This document shows, in pieces, positions 7,718 through 17,811 of a stretch of 64,000 nucleotides of DNA. This DNA comes from Acidimicrobiia bacterium (lineage in GTDB: Bacteria > Actinomycetota > Acidimicrobiia > Spongiisociales > ZC4RG35), in NCBI GenBank assembly GCA_025937235.1, contig JAICRU010000005.1, forward strand, positions 38-64,037. The letters are read 5' to 3'. Each line of letters begins with the position of its first letter. Positions within the stretch are counted from its first letter, which is position 1. The notes beneath the pieces are model-generated. The model had not been told where the DNA came from and did no database searches. It saw only the letters and a list, made by a program, of their open reading frames with translations. The translations under genes and the position numbers were made by a program.

Positions 7718-8488
7718 ATGCCCGAACGTTCCTTCGGAAGGACCGTCCGTTATCGCCGGACCCGGATCGGGTTGAGCCAAGCTCAGCTCGGTGAGCTCGT
7801 CGGTCGATCGGCGAGCTCGGTCAGGAGCTGGGAGCGTGATATCTCGACACCTACCGATCCGTCGGTGCTGAACGCCCTTTCTGCCATCCTGGACATCGAC
7901 GGGCGAGCGCTCTACGACAAGGCGGGTGTCCCGCCCGCAGCCGAAGTCGAGCCCCACCCGACGGTGGAGCAGGCATTCGCCAGCCTCGCACCTCTCCCGC
8001 TCGAAGAGCCGCTGGAAGAGGATGTGGAGCTGGATCCGCGCATCGCCGGAGTCCCCGCTGCCGCAGCTGTCGAGGCTCAGCTCGACGCAGATTCGGAGCT
8101 CGAAGCGGAGGTTCGCGAGCATGTGGGCCCCGCGTATGATGCGGAGCCGCAGAACCTGGGGGAACCGGCGATGCGGGTGGAGACGTTCTCTCTACCACCG
8201 GCCCCGGGAACGGAGCCCGAACCGGCTGCAGCCGCCAAGATGAGCAATTCGAACGAACCCGCCTTCGTGAGCCCGCCAGAGCCCTATCTGATCACCGCCC
8301 CCACGGCGCCAGTGGTCGAGCCTTCCTACATCGAGGACACCGACCAGCGTCAGATGTACCGGGTCAGGCATCTGGCCACGGTGGTCCTGGTCGTCGCACT
8401 GGCGATCATCCTCCTCTGGGCGTTGAGCAACACCTTCGACGCCATCGGGGCCTGGTGGGACGACTTCTTCGGCACGCTCCGCATCTAG
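7718..8488 (+). CDS. XRE-family HTH protein with acidic low-complexity linker and C-terminal TM anchor
   Basis: The N-terminus RTRIGLSQAQLGELVGRSASSVRSWERD is an XRE-type HTH. An Ala/Pro/Glu-rich linker follows. The C-terminal HLATVVLVVALAIILLWAL is a TM helix. Confidence 0.7.
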   Translation: MPERSFGRTVRYRRTRIGLSQAQLGELVGRSASSVRSWERDISTPTDPSVLNALSAILDIDGRALYDKAGVPPAAEVEPHPTVEQAFASLAPLPLEEPLEEDVELDPRIAGVPAAAAVEAQLDADSELEAEVREHVGPAYDAEPQNLGEPAMRVETFSLPPAPGTEPEPAAAAKMSNSNEPAFVSPPEPYLITAPTAPVVEPSYIEDTDQRQMYRVRHLATVVLVVALAIILLWALSNTFDAIGAWWDDFFGTLRI

Positions 8489-8527
8489 TCCCAGACCCGC
8501 CCTATCTAGCGTGGGCCCCGAGCCAGC

Positions 8528-10855
8528 ATGAGTAGACCGGGTGTCGCCATCGTGGGAGGAGGACCGGCGGGCCTCTACCTCTCGATCCTGCTCAGGAAGT
8601 CCGGGCCGGACATGGAGGTCACTGTCTTCGATCGAAACACGCCTCAGGATGCCTACGGGTTCGGGGTCGTGTTCAGCGACGAGACGATCGACCACTTCGA
8701 GGAGGCCGACCCGGAGTCCTACGACGCCATGGCGCAGGCCTTTCGGGGGTGGGGCGAGATAAAGGTACGTCATCCGACTGGCCAGGAGCTGGTATCCGGC
8801 GGACATGGCTTCTCGGCCATCAGTCGTCGCACCCTGCTCGAGATACTGACCGACCGGGCCAAGGGGCTCGAGGTCGATCTCCGCTTCTCGAACGAGGTCG
8901 GTGACTCGAGTGCATTGGGCTGGGCCGATGTGGTGGTGGCAGCCGACGGAGCCAACAGCATGCTTCGGCGAGAGCTCGCCCCACATCTGCAGCCATCGGT
9001 GGAGCTGGCCCGGAACAAGTACATCTGGTTCGGCACCCCGAAGGTCTTCGACGAGTTCAATTTCATCTTCGAGGACACCGATGCCGGCATGGTGTGGGCC
9101 CACATCTACCCTTACGGGGACGACGGCAGCACGTTCATCGTCGAGATGACGCCCGAGACGTGGACCGCGTTGGGGTTTGCTGCCACAGCGGCCAACGAAT
9201 CGACCGCTGGCCAGAGCGACGAGCGGGCGCTGCGCGTCTGCGAAGAGATCTTCGCAACCCATCTCGAGGGCTGGGGTCTGCTTGGCAACAACTCGAGATG
9301 GCTTCAGTTCCCGACCGTCGCCTGCGCCAGATGGCATCACGGCAACGTCGTGTTGATGGGTGATGCGGTCCACACCGCCCACTTCTCGGTCGGCTCGGGG
9401 ACCAAGCTCGCCATGGAGGACGCCATCGCCCTGGCCCGAGTGGTCATCTCCGAACACGACCACGAGAGGGCCTTCGAGCGGTATGAGGAGGATCGACGGC
9501 CAGAGGTGGAGAGCCTCCAGCGCGCCGCACGAGCCAGCCGCAACTGGTTCGAGGGAGCTGATCGTTACCGCGACATGGCCCCAGAGCAGTTCGTCTTCAG
9601 CCTGCTCACCCGCAGCCAGCGCATCACCTACGACAACTTGCGCATCCGCGACCCCGCGTATATGGGTGGAGTGGACGCCTGGTACGCCTCATCCGAGCAC
9701 CGCTGCCCTGATCCGGTGGGCCCCGACGTGCCACCCATGTTCCACCCCTTCAAGATGCGGGACATGGTGCTGCCCAATCGCATCGTGGTGTCGCCGATGG
9801 ATCAGTACAGCGCGATCGACGGCGTCCCCAACGAATGGCACTTGGTCCATCTCGGGAGTCGGGCGGTGGGTGGGGCTGGCCTGGTCATGACAGAGATGAC
9901 CTGTGTCTCCCCGCAAGGACGGATCAGCCCGGGGTGCACCGGCATGTGGAACGACCAGCAAGCCACCGCCTTCGCCCGGATCGTCGACTTCGTCCACGAC
10001 CACACCAACTCCAGGATCGGCCTCCAGATCGGTCATTCGGGGCGCAAAGGTTCCACCAAGTTCATGTGGGAGGGGGACAGCGACCCGCTCGACGAGGGCA
10101 ACTGGGAGCTCATGGCCCCCTCCCCGATCCGTTATCGGCCCGACAGCCAGGTCCCTCGGGAGATGACAGTGACCGACATGGGCCGGGTCCGTGACGAGCA
10201 CGTCGTCTCGGCACTTCTCGGTGCCGGAGCCGGATTCGACATGCTGGAGCTGCATTTCGCCCACGGATATCTCCTGTCCAGCTTCCTGACCCCGCTCGCC
10301 AACCGGCGAGGCGACCGCTACGGAGGCTCGCTGGAGAACCGGATGCGCTACCCGCTCGAGGTGTTCGCCGCAGTTCGCGAGGTTTGGCCGGACGACAGGC
10401 CCATGTCGGTCCGAATCTCGGCCACCGATTGGGTGGAGGACGGCTTCGATGGTGATGACGCGGTGGTGTTCGCCCGTGCCCTGAAGGAGCTCGGCTGTGA
10501 CCTGGTCGATGTCTCCACCGGCCAGACCACGATCGAGGCCGATCCGGAATACGGCCGTCTCTACCAGACTCCCTACTCGGACCGGATCCGGAACGAAGTG
10601 GGCATCGCCACCATGACGGTGGGAGCGGTAGCCAGCATCGACGACGTCCACAACATCCTGGTGGCGGGCCGGGCCGATCTATGCCTGCTGGCCCGACCCC
10701 ACATCGTCGATCCATATTGGACCCTCAACGCCGCCATCGACCTTGGCTACACCGGGCACGCCTTCCCGAATCAGTATCTGGCCGGTCTTGGGTCGAGGCG
10801 CCGGCAACAGGACCCGATCGCCCCGGATGTCTTCAGGCGACTGAACAGCCCTTGA
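8528..10855 (+). CDS. Bifunctional FAD-dependent aromatic hydroxylase (salicylyl-CoA 5-hydroxylase-like) / Old-Yellow-Enzyme-type NADH:flavin oxidoreductase
   Basis: This is a 775-aa ORF. The N-terminal VAIVGGGPAGLYLS (GxGxxG) and GDAVHTAHFSVGSGTKLAMEDA match FAD monooxygenase motifs. The C-terminal half has SPMDQYSA...HLGSRAVGGAGLV and ELHFAHGYLLSSFLTPLANRR, which are OYE-family motifs. Confidence 0.8.
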   Translation: MSRPGVAIVGGGPAGLYLSILLRKSGPDMEVTVFDRNTPQDAYGFGVVFSDETIDHFEEADPESYDAMAQAFRGWGEIKVRHPTGQELVSGGHGFSAISRRTLLEILTDRAKGLEVDLRFSNEVGDSSALGWADVVVAADGANSMLRRELAPHLQPSVELARNKYIWFGTPKVFDEFNFIFEDTDAGMVWAHIYPYGDDGSTFIVEMTPETWTALGFAATAANESTAGQSDERALRVCEEIFATHLEGWGLLGNNSRWLQFPTVACARWHHGNVVLMGDAVHTAHFSVGSGTKLAMEDAIALARVVISEHDHERAFERYEEDRRPEVESLQRAARASRNWFEGADRYRDMAPEQFVFSLLTRSQRITYDNLRIRDPAYMGGVDAWYASSEHRCPDPVGPDVPPMFHPFKMRDMVLPNRIVVSPMDQYSAIDGVPNEWHLVHLGSRAVGGAGLVMTEMTCVSPQGRISPGCTGMWNDQQATAFARIVDFVHDHTNSRIGLQIGHSGRKGSTKFMWEGDSDPLDEGNWELMAPSPIRYRPDSQVPREMTVTDMGRVRDEHVVSALLGAGAGFDMLELHFAHGYLLSSFLTPLANRRGDRYGGSLENRMRYPLEVFAAVREVWPDDRPMSVRISATDWVEDGFDGDDAVVFARALKELGCDLVDVSTGQTTIEADPEYGRLYQTPYSDRIRNEVGIATMTVGAVASIDDVHNILVAGRADLCLLARPHIVDPYWTLNAAIDLGYTGHAFPNQYLAGLGSRRRQQDPIAPDVFRRLNSP

Positions 10856-11104
10856 AATTCCTGTCACCGAAGTCCGCACATGTGGCAGACTGTCGGCACC
10901 AGAGAAAGGAGGTGGTCCTAAGTTGTATGAAAGTCTTTGGACTCTGGAGGTGGTCGAGCGCTGAGCGGCGCTGACCGCAGCCGCCGCTCGTCCCTCAGGG
11001 ACAGGTGGCGACTCCAAACTCGGACCACCCGGCTCTGGATACCACGGACCTAGTCCATTCGTGGCGGCCCACCGAGGCCGAAGCAATGCCAGTGCTGTCT
11101 TCAG

Positions 11105-11135
11105 GGAGAGCCCCCGGCGGGACCGGGGGCTCTCC
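11105..11135. terminator. Perfect 13-bp GC-rich hairpin between convergent genes (likely intrinsic, bidirectional terminator)
   Basis: GGAGAGCCCCCGG-cggga-CCGGGGGCTCTCC was read directly. Its right arm abuts the stop codon of the minus-strand gene at 11135. No U-tract follows, which is common in high-GC actinobacteria. Confidence 0.5.
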
Positions 11136-12088
11136 TACGTCTCGAAGCCCTGCTCGGCCATCCACTCGTCGTTGAAGATCTTGGACAGGTAGCCGCGGCC
11201 GGAGTCAGGGAGGATCACCACCACCAACGAGGATGCGTCCTCCCGAGCAACCTGGCGTGCAGCATGTGCGGCCATGCCGCACGATCCCCCGACCAGGATC
11301 CCCTCCTCGCGTGCCAGGCGTCTCGTCATGGCCAGGGAGTCGGGGTCCGAGACCTTGATCCAGCGATCGATCACGTCCAGGTCGACGGTCTCCGGGTAGA
11401 AATCCTCGCCCACACCTTCGACTGCATACTGATGGACCTCTTCTCCGCTGTCCGCGGTGAAGATGGAGCCTTCCGGGTCGACCCCGACCACCTTCAGGCC
11501 CGGCTTCTGTTCTTTGAGATAGCGCCCGGCGCCAGTGATCGTGCCGCCGGTGCCCACACCGACCACGAGGGCGTCGACCGCGCCCCCGGTCTGGCGCCAG
11601 ATCTCGGGCCCGGTCGTCTCGTAGTGAGCCAACGGGTTGCCCGGGTTGGAGTACTGGTCCGGGTGGAAGGCCCCTTCGATCTCGCGAGCCAAGCGCCGGG
11701 CCACCCCGTAGTAGGAATCGGGATGCTCGGGGAGCAACTCGGTCGGGGTCACGATCACCTCCACGCCATAGGCCCGGAGCAGGTCCTGCTTCTCCTTGGA
11801 GACCTTGTCGGGCACGGTGCAGATCACCCTGTAGCCACGCACCGCGCCAATCATTGCCAGCCCCACTCCGGTGTTGCCAGAGGTCGGCTCGATGATGGTC
11901 CCGCCAGGCGCGAGGAGACCCGCTTTCTCGGCGGCGTCGATCATCGACACTGCGATCCGCTCCTTGACCGAGCCGCCGGGATTCATGTGCTCGATCTTGG
12001 CGACCAGATTGCCGGGAGGGTGGATCCGGGAGAGCCTGACGATGGGAGTGTTGCCGATGGCGGCGACCACGTCGGGATGGATCTCCAT
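11135..12088 (-). CDS. PLP-dependent cysteine synthase / cystathionine beta-synthase-family enzyme (no CBS domains)
   Basis: IGNTPIVRL, NPGGSVKERIA (the PLP lysine region), EPTSGNTGVGLA and GVGTGGTITG match the CysK/CysM/Cbs family. The ORF is 317 aa. Confidence 0.85.
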   Translation of the reverse strand: MEIHPDVVAAIGNTPIVRLSRIHPPGNLVAKIEHMNPGGSVKERIAVSMIDAAEKAGLLAPGGTIIEPTSGNTGVGLAMIGAVRGYRVICTVPDKVSKEKQDLLRAYGVEVIVTPTELLPEHPDSYYGVARRLAREIEGAFHPDQYSNPGNPLAHYETTGPEIWRQTGGAVDALVVGVGTGGTITGAGRYLKEQKPGLKVVGVDPEGSIFTADSGEEVHQYAVEGVGEDFYPETVDLDVIDRWIKVSDPDSLAMTRRLAREEGILVGGSCGMAAHAARQVAREDASSLVVVILPDSGRGYLSKIFNDEWMAEQGFET

Positions 12089-12147
12089 GAGCCGGCGAGG
12101 CTATCGCACCCGGCGATCGTCCTCCGAACCTCTCCTAACCTTCACTG

Positions 12148-13041
12148 ATGACCCGGATCACCCGGTATGCATGGTTCACCCTGATATTCAATGTCGGCGT
12201 CATCCTTCTCGGCGCCCTGGTGCGGGCAACCGGCTCGGGAGCAGGCTGTGGGAGATCGTGGCCGACCTGTCAGGGGGAGGTGATGCCCGAGTTGTCCGGC
12301 GCCACCGCCGTCGAGTTCACCCATCGGGCGGCCAGCGGGATCGCGCTCGCCCTGGTCGCCGTCCTCGTTGCCTGGACCTGGCGGGCCGTGGCCAAGGGGG
12401 AGCCGGCGCGGACCGGTGCGGTCCTGTCCCTTGCCGCCATCGTAGGCGAGGCTCTGATCGGGGCGATGATCGTCCTGGCCGAGTGGGTGGCCGAAGACGT
12501 GTCGATCGCCCGAGTCGTGGCGGTGCCCCTGCATCTGGTCAACACCCTCTTCCTTCTCGCTGCCCTCACCCTGACCGCTTTCTGGCTCTCCGGCGGGCGC
12601 CGGTTGTCAACGAAGGCCCATCCGGAGTCATGGCGCTGGGTGCTCGTTGGGGCCGCAGCCATCGTCCTCCTTGCGGCCACGGGTGCGATCACTGCACTGG
12701 CCGACACCCTCTTCCCCAAGAACGGCGCTGGGGCGCCAGGGAGCAGTGAGGCACACTTCCTCACCGACATCCGCGTCGTTCATCCCATCCTGGCGGTGGT
12801 GGCTGCCTCCATCGGCTGGTGGGCATCGGGGCGGGTCGGGCCACCGAGATCCAGGGCGGGCCGTGCGCTGCCGCTCCTGGTCGGTCTGATGCTCCTCACC
12901 GGCGCCCTCAACGTCGCCCTCGGCGTTCCGGTCTGGATGCAGCTGGTGCACCTCCTCCTCGCCGACGCCCTGTGGATCACCTATGTCATCGCCTCGGCCC
13001 AGGCCCTCCAAGTGCCGGTGGAGGTGGGTCAGCCGGTATGA
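12148..13041 (+). CDS. ctaA: Heme A synthase (COX15/CtaA family)
   Basis: It is a polytopic membrane protein. The N-terminal GALVRATGSGAGCGRSWPTCQG and conserved His residues in helices (EFTHR, VPLHLVN, VVHP, LVHLLLA) fit the family. Confidence 0.8.
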   Translation: MTRITRYAWFTLIFNVGVILLGALVRATGSGAGCGRSWPTCQGEVMPELSGATAVEFTHRAASGIALALVAVLVAWTWRAVAKGEPARTGAVLSLAAIVGEALIGAMIVLAEWVAEDVSIARVVAVPLHLVNTLFLLAALTLTAFWLSGGRRLSTKAHPESWRWVLVGAAAIVLLAATGAITALADTLFPKNGAGAPGSSEAHFLTDIRVVHPILAVVAASIGWWASGRVGPPRSRAGRALPLLVGLMLLTGALNVALGVPVWMQLVHLLLADALWITYVIASAQALQVPVEVGQPV

Positions 13042-13126
13042 CACCGAGCTCGTGAGGTCGTAGGTCATCCACCCGCGTCGAAGTGCGTCGAGAAGGGCAG
13101 CCATGTCGTCCTAGGCTGCCGGGCCG

Positions 13127-13909
13127 ATGTTCGACCAATTGGCCGATGGCGTCTATCGGCGCCGATATGAATCGCTCGATCTCAACATTGGCGTCGTGAT
13201 CGGAGAGGAGGGCGTCCTGATCGTCGACACGAGGGCCACCCACGTCGAGGCCGATGAGCTCCGGGCCGATCTGTCGACGCTCACCGAGAAGCCGGTGCGG
13301 TGGGTCATCGACACCCACTGGCATTGGGACCACACATTTGGCAACTCGCGGTTCCCGGGCGCAGATATCTGGGGGCATCACCTGTGCAGGAAGGCTCTGG
13401 TCGAGCGAGGTGACTCGATGAAGCAAGACGCCGCCGCCTGGCTCCCCGACCGAATGAGAGAGTTCGACGAGGTGGTGATCACACCTCCGACCAGGGTGTT
13501 CGAGGATGCGGCAAGCTTGGATCTGGGTGGGGTCACTGTGACGATGAGCTATCACGGCCTCGCCCATACGGATGCCGACATCGTCGTCACGGCGGGCGAA
13601 TTGGCTTTCTTCGGGGACCTGGTGGAGGAAGGCGCACCACCTGTCTTCGACGACGGATACCCGCTGTCCTGGCCGGGGACCCTGCGGCGGGCGCTCGATG
13701 TCGGGTCGATCACGATCGTCCCCGGACATGGGGACCTCTTCGATCGGGGCGCGGCGAGCACCCAGCTCGAGGAGATCGAGGCTGTGGCGGCAACGGCGCG
13801 GCGCTGCATCGATGAAGGGCTCCCGGTCGAGGATGCCGCGAGACTCGGCCCGTACCCGGAGGACGTCATGAAGTCGGCGTTGAGTCGGGCCGTGGAGCTG
13901 CACGCTTGA
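13127..13909 (+). CDS. MBL-fold metallo-hydrolase
   Basis: VIDTHWHWDHTFGN (HxHxDH motif), HGLAHTDADIV and IVPGHGD are present. The ORF is 260 aa. Confidence 0.8.
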   Translation: MFDQLADGVYRRRYESLDLNIGVVIGEEGVLIVDTRATHVEADELRADLSTLTEKPVRWVIDTHWHWDHTFGNSRFPGADIWGHHLCRKALVERGDSMKQDAAAWLPDRMREFDEVVITPPTRVFEDAASLDLGGVTVTMSYHGLAHTDADIVVTAGELAFFGDLVEEGAPPVFDDGYPLSWPGTLRRALDVGSITIVPGHGDLFDRGAASTQLEEIEAVAATARRCIDEGLPVEDAARLGPYPEDVMKSALSRAVELHA

Positions 13910-13994
13910 GAAGGCGTCCAATCGAATTACAGGCGTCGCAGTCCACCGCGGGGGCACCCCCCACGTCGCCTTGCCTGGGACAGTGACCGCAATC

Positions 13995-15974
13995 TCAGGG
14001 GTGAGGCTGCAACTGCCCGGCCAGCACCTCCGGGTCGGAGGTGGGGAGGGCGCAGACGTGGTTCTGGCAGACATAGGCCAGGGTCCGGCCCTCCTCGAAT
14101 CTCCCCTCGAGGAGTGGGGCCGGACCGTTCCCGTCCGCCGACACGGCCAGGGCCACGTTGGGGCGATAGCCGGACCAGAACACCCGGCTCAGAGCGGGCC
14201 AGCCGGCCCCGACGATCGCAAGCTCCCTGCTGTCGAGCAGTGAGTGCAGCACCCCGAGATGATGACCGACCATCGAGGGATAGCGCTCCATCAGGAGCCC
14301 GGCGCTACGAAGGGTGTCCACGGCTAAATCCCGAAGACCGAGGTCGCCGCTGTACGAAGCTAGCAGGAGCAGCGCCTCGGCGGCCATGGCGTTCCCCGAC
14401 GGCAGCGGGTTGTCCGATTGGCTCTTGGGCCTCTTGATGAGGCTCTCGCCATCGACCGCGGTGTCGTAGAATCCTCCGTCGGGATCTGCGAACCGAGCCG
14501 GTATCGCCATGGTCAGCCCGCGCGCGGCCTCGTACCAGTCGTGCTCACCGGTCGCGGCATAGAGGGCAAACAGACCAACGGCCATTGCCGCGTCGTCCTC
14601 GAGGAACCCGGGAACTCCGGCCCTGCCTTCGCGCCAGGACCGGCGCAAGATCCCATTCACGATCATACGGTCGAGGACGAACCGAGCGGTGAGCCGGGCC
14701 GCGTTCAGATAGGTCGCGTCCTCGAGGGCGGCCCCGGCCTCGGCCAAAGCGCGAATCGCCAGACCGTTCCAAGAGGCCACCACCTTGTCGTCGAGCCCGG
14801 GTCGCACTCTCTCCGACCTGGCGGCGAGCAGACGCCCCCGCATCGACTCGATCCTCTCGGTCCAGGGCTCTGAGGTCGGTCGATAGAGGATGTTGGATCC
14901 CTCGAAGTTCCCATGGGGCGTGGCCCCGAAGAACCGGGCCGCCGCGGCACCGTCCTCCGGCCCCAGCACCTCGTCCAGCTGCGCTGTGGTCCAGACGTAG
15001 AACTTTCCCTCGACGCCTTCCGAGTCGGCGTCCTCGGCCGAATAGAAGCCGCCGTCAGGGTGGCGGAGCCGGTCGAACATGTAGCCGATGGTGGACCGGG
15101 CCACGTCGACGAACCGGGGCTCGTCCAGCTCGACACCTGCCCACAGATAGAGACGGACCAGCTGAGCGTTGTCGTAGAGCATCTTCTCGAAGTGGGGGAC
15201 CAACCATTGCGCGTCGACGGAATAGCGGGAGAAGCCACCGCCAATATGATCGTGGATGCCTCCGGCGGCCATCTCCGACAGGGTCACCCTCGCCATGTGC
15301 CCGGCCCGGGAGGCCCATTCCTCCTTCCGCACCCGCAGGAGGAAGTCGAGATCCGGCGCCTGTGGGAACTTCGGAGCGCCGCCAAAACCACCGTTGACCG
15401 GGTCGAAGGCTGTGGAGAGGGCCTCGTAGGCGTCCCCGAGTGTGCCGGCTCCGGGAAGGTCGTCAGATCCGGGGATGGTCCGAGTGATGGCCTCGGTGAG
15501 CCGCTGCGACTGACCCACTATCTCCTCACGCCTGTTCTCCCATGCGTCCGACACCGCCCTCATCACGGTTCGGAACGACGGCATCCCGTGCCGGTCGGTG
15601 TCGGGGAAGTAGGTCCCGGCGTAGAAAGGCCGCCCCTCCGGTGTCAGCCACACTGTCATGGGCCAGCCTCCACGGCCGGTCATGGTCTGTACCGCGTCCA
15701 TGTATATCGAGTCGACGTCGGGCCTCTCCTCTCGGTCGACCTTGACGTTCACGTAGAGACGATTCATCTCCTCCGCTGTCTCGATGTCCTCGAACGACTC
15801 ATGGGCCATCACGTGGCACCAATGGCAGGCCGAGTAGCCGACGCTGAGGAGGATCGGCACGTCGCGTTCCCGCGCCTCCGCGAAGGCCTCTTCACCCCAT
15901 TCGTGCCAGTCGACCGGGTTGTCCTTGTGCTGAAGCAGGTAGGGCGATGTGGCCTGGGCGAGGCGATTGGGCAT
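13995..15974 (-). CDS. Thioredoxin-domain protein of the DUF255/YyaL type (Trx-like N-domain plus alpha/alpha-barrel)
   Basis: [22 protein letters not shown]...[18 protein letters not shown] is typical of the family N-terminus. A long helical-repeat C-terminal region follows. The start is taken at the internal Met (MPNRLAQ). Confidence 0.8.
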   Translation of the reverse strand: MPNRLAQATSPYLLQHKDNPVDWHEWGEEAFAEARERDVPILLSVGYSACHWCHVMAHESFEDIETAEEMNRLYVNVKVDREERPDVDSIYMDAVQTMTGRGGWPMTVWLTPEGRPFYAGTYFPDTDRHGMPSFRTVMRAVSDAWENRREEIVGQSQRLTEAITRTIPGSDDLPGAGTLGDAYEALSTAFDPVNGGFGGAPKFPQAPDLDFLLRVRKEEWASRAGHMARVTLSEMAAGGIHDHIGGGFSRYSVDAQWLVPHFEKMLYDNAQLVRLYLWAGVELDEPRFVDVARSTIGYMFDRLRHPDGGFYSAEDADSEGVEGKFYVWTTAQLDEVLGPEDGAAAARFFGATPHGNFEGSNILYRPTSEPWTERIESMRGRLLAARSERVRPGLDDKVVASWNGLAIRALAEAGAALEDATYLNAARLTARFVLDRMIVNGILRRSWREGRAGVPGFLEDDAAMAVGLFALYAATGEHDWYEAARGLTMAIPARFADPDGGFYDTAVDGESLIKRPKSQSDNPLPSGNAMAAEALLLLASYSGDLGLRDLAVDTLRSAGLLMERYPSMVGHHLGVLHSLLDSRELAIVGAGWPALSRVFWSGYRPNVALAVSADGNGPAPLLEGRFEEGRTLAYVCQNHVCALPTSDPEVLAGQLQPHP

Positions 15975-16053
15975 CACATCGAACGTACACGCTCCGGCCC
16001 CTGCACCGGTGGGCGGGATTAGGGTCGACATGCCGAGTCGATCACGGAGATAC

Positions 16054-16707
16054 ATGACAGACGGTGACATTCAGGCCCTCTACCTATCGGCGGAGCAGCG
16101 CTGGATGCAGGGCTGGGTGGCCGGCCCGACGCTCGAGGGGAACCCGCTGCGCCGTGGTGACAAGGCCCCCGACGTCGAAGTCGTCGATGCCGAAGGCAAT
16201 GCGATCTGGCTCGCCAGTGCCTGGGCACAGCAGCCGGCTCTGGTCCTGCTCTGGAGGCATCTGGGATGTGGGTGCGGGATGGAAAGGGCCGAGCGACTGC
16301 GAGAAGAGCACGTCGACTACGCCGAATCCGGCCTGAATGTCGTGATCGTTGCACCCGGCGAGGTGGAGCGGGTAGCTGTCTACAAGGAGCGAAATGCAAT
16401 CCCGGTCCCGATTCTCGCCGACCCCGGATACGCCGCTCACAAGGCGTTCGGACTCGGGCACTGGTCGCTCGAACAGGCCTTGTACGACGCCCCTGACGAA
16501 TTCTGCGACCTGAGGGAGGAGACCGGGCGCCAGTTCCAGCAGCAGCGAAAGGCTCAGGGCCGCCGGCTGGTGGACGATCCCTGGATGCAGTCGGGGGAGT
16601 TCGTGGTCGCCCAGGATGGGATGATCCGGGTCGCCTATCTCTACAACTACTGCGCCGACTATCCCGACCCCCGGGTCTTCACAACAGCCGGTCGGCTCCT
16701 CGCCTGA
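16054..16707 (+). CDS. Peroxiredoxin-like (AhpC/TSA Prx-like2-type) redox protein
   Basis: [19 protein letters not shown] matches the thioredoxin-fold Cys motif. The rest follows the Prx-like pattern (IPVPILADP...). The start is taken at MTDGDIQ. Confidence 0.6.
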   Translation: MTDGDIQALYLSAEQRWMQGWVAGPTLEGNPLRRGDKAPDVEVVDAEGNAIWLASAWAQQPALVLLWRHLGCGCGMERAERLREEHVDYAESGLNVVIVAPGEVERVAVYKERNAIPVPILADPGYAAHKAFGLGHWSLEQALYDAPDEFCDLREETGRQFQQQRKAQGRRLVDDPWMQSGEFVVAQDGMIRVAYLYNYCADYPDPRVFTTAGRLLA

Positions 16708-16717
16708 GAACGGAGCG

Positions 16718-17224
16718 ATGAAGACGCTGCTCTTGATGCGGCACGCCAAGTCGGACTGGGAAGCCGAATACGGATCGGATCACGACCGACCACTGAACGA
16801 ACGGGGCACCAAGAGTGCGAGGCTGATGGGAAGGGTCCTGGCCGATCTGGGGCTCATCCCCGATCTGGTGATCAGTTCCACTGCTAGACGGGCCAGGAAC
16901 ACGGCCGAGCTGGTGATCGAATCCGGCCGCTGGGACACGGAGCTCGTCCTCGACCGTGCCCTGTATGACGAGGGCCCGAGGGGGGTGCTCGAGGCAGGCG
17001 CCTCCGCCCCCGACGTGCCCCGTCTCATGCTGGTTGGGCACCAGCCGACTTGGTCGCTGCTGGTCGCCGCGTTGACCGGGGAGAGAACGGACATGAAGAC
17101 CGCGACGGTGGCGATCGTCGATCTCGATATCCCCGCGTGGGCGGAACTGCCTGGGGCGTCCGGGGCGATGAGCCGACTGCTGCAGCCCCGGGACTACGAC
17201 CCCGGCGGGCGCCGTCTTCGCTAG
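16718..17224 (+). CDS. sixA: Histidine phosphatase family protein (SixA-like)
   Basis: The N-terminal LLLMRHAKS (RHG-type catalytic motif), PLNERG and LVGHQP are present. The ORF is 168 aa. Confidence 0.75.
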   Translation: MKTLLLMRHAKSDWEAEYGSDHDRPLNERGTKSARLMGRVLADLGLIPDLVISSTARRARNTAELVIESGRWDTELVLDRALYDEGPRGVLEAGASAPDVPRLMLVGHQPTWSLLVAALTGERTDMKTATVAIVDLDIPAWAELPGASGAMSRLLQPRDYDPGGRRLR

Positions 17225-17580
17225 CGGGCGTCGATCTCGGCCATACGCGCCCGGACCAGACTCACGACCACATCGGGCGGCAGGGGCCGGTCGGCTTGAA
17301 ATCGCACCGTGCCCTTGGCCAGGTCCTAGCCCTCCAACGCGGTCCGATACGCCTCGACGACCGTCGGGCTCTGGACGTAGAGGGGGCAATGCCGGCTCGT
17401 CGCCCCGTAGGAGACGAGAGGCCGCTTCCTGTAATAGAAGGCGGGGACGCCGTACCCGATGCGCTCCTCGAGATTCGATTCCACCGACCGAACCGTCTCC
17501 CGAAGATCCAGCAAGGCAGAGCGGGTCTGCTCTGGGAGGTCATCGAGGAAGGTCTGGATGTCGGGGGGCGGTCTCGTCAT
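17221..17580 (-). pseudogene. DUF1801 (YdhG-like) domain protein interrupted by an in-frame TAG
   Basis: ORF 17326..17580 ends ...AYRTALEG at TAG (complement of 17326-17328). The same frame continues DLAKGTVRFQADRPLPPDVVVSLVRARMAEIDAR to TAG at 17221-17223. The family normally has LxGY..sKGtirF here, so the stop sits where a Tyr codon is expected. Confidence 0.65.
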
Positions 17581-17811
17581 CTCGCTCCTCCGGTTAGTTA
17601 TGGGAACAAGAGGGTACGGGACTGTTGTGTCGCATGAATCACCGTGCGCGCAGGATGGATTACCCGGCGATCACGGTAGAATGATGGCCTCCTCGAACAT
17701 CTGGCTGGGCTGCGCCTTGCACAAGAGGGGGGTTCACAAACAACCCGCCATGTGTCATAGTTGGGCGTCCGGGAGAACCTTGCCCTACGGGCTCAGGAGG
17801 ATTTGAACTAT

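Noticed and set aside
7000-7720. Genomic island integrated at tRNA-Sec or tRNA-Thr
   Set aside because: I noticed no integrase, no transposase and no direct repeat of either tRNA 3-prime end. The flanking genes look like ordinary chromosomal genes.
8192-9463. 423-aa minus-strand ORF
   Set aside because: It is antisense to the well-supported hydroxylase/OYE gene, its composition is Arg/Gly/Pro-rich and it has no motifs. It is a typical high-GC shadow ORF. The same reasoning applies to 9689..10651, 14913..16022, 33613..34818, 39934..40878, 48349..49518, 50450..51733, 60600..61547 and 62781..63803.
17581-17811. Promoter call upstream of the sigma-70-like gene (GATGGA-17nt-TAGAAT around 17653-17681)
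   Set aside because: The hexamers are plausible, but the -35 is weak and the site would give a ~130-nt leader. Without mapping data I did not list it as a feature.
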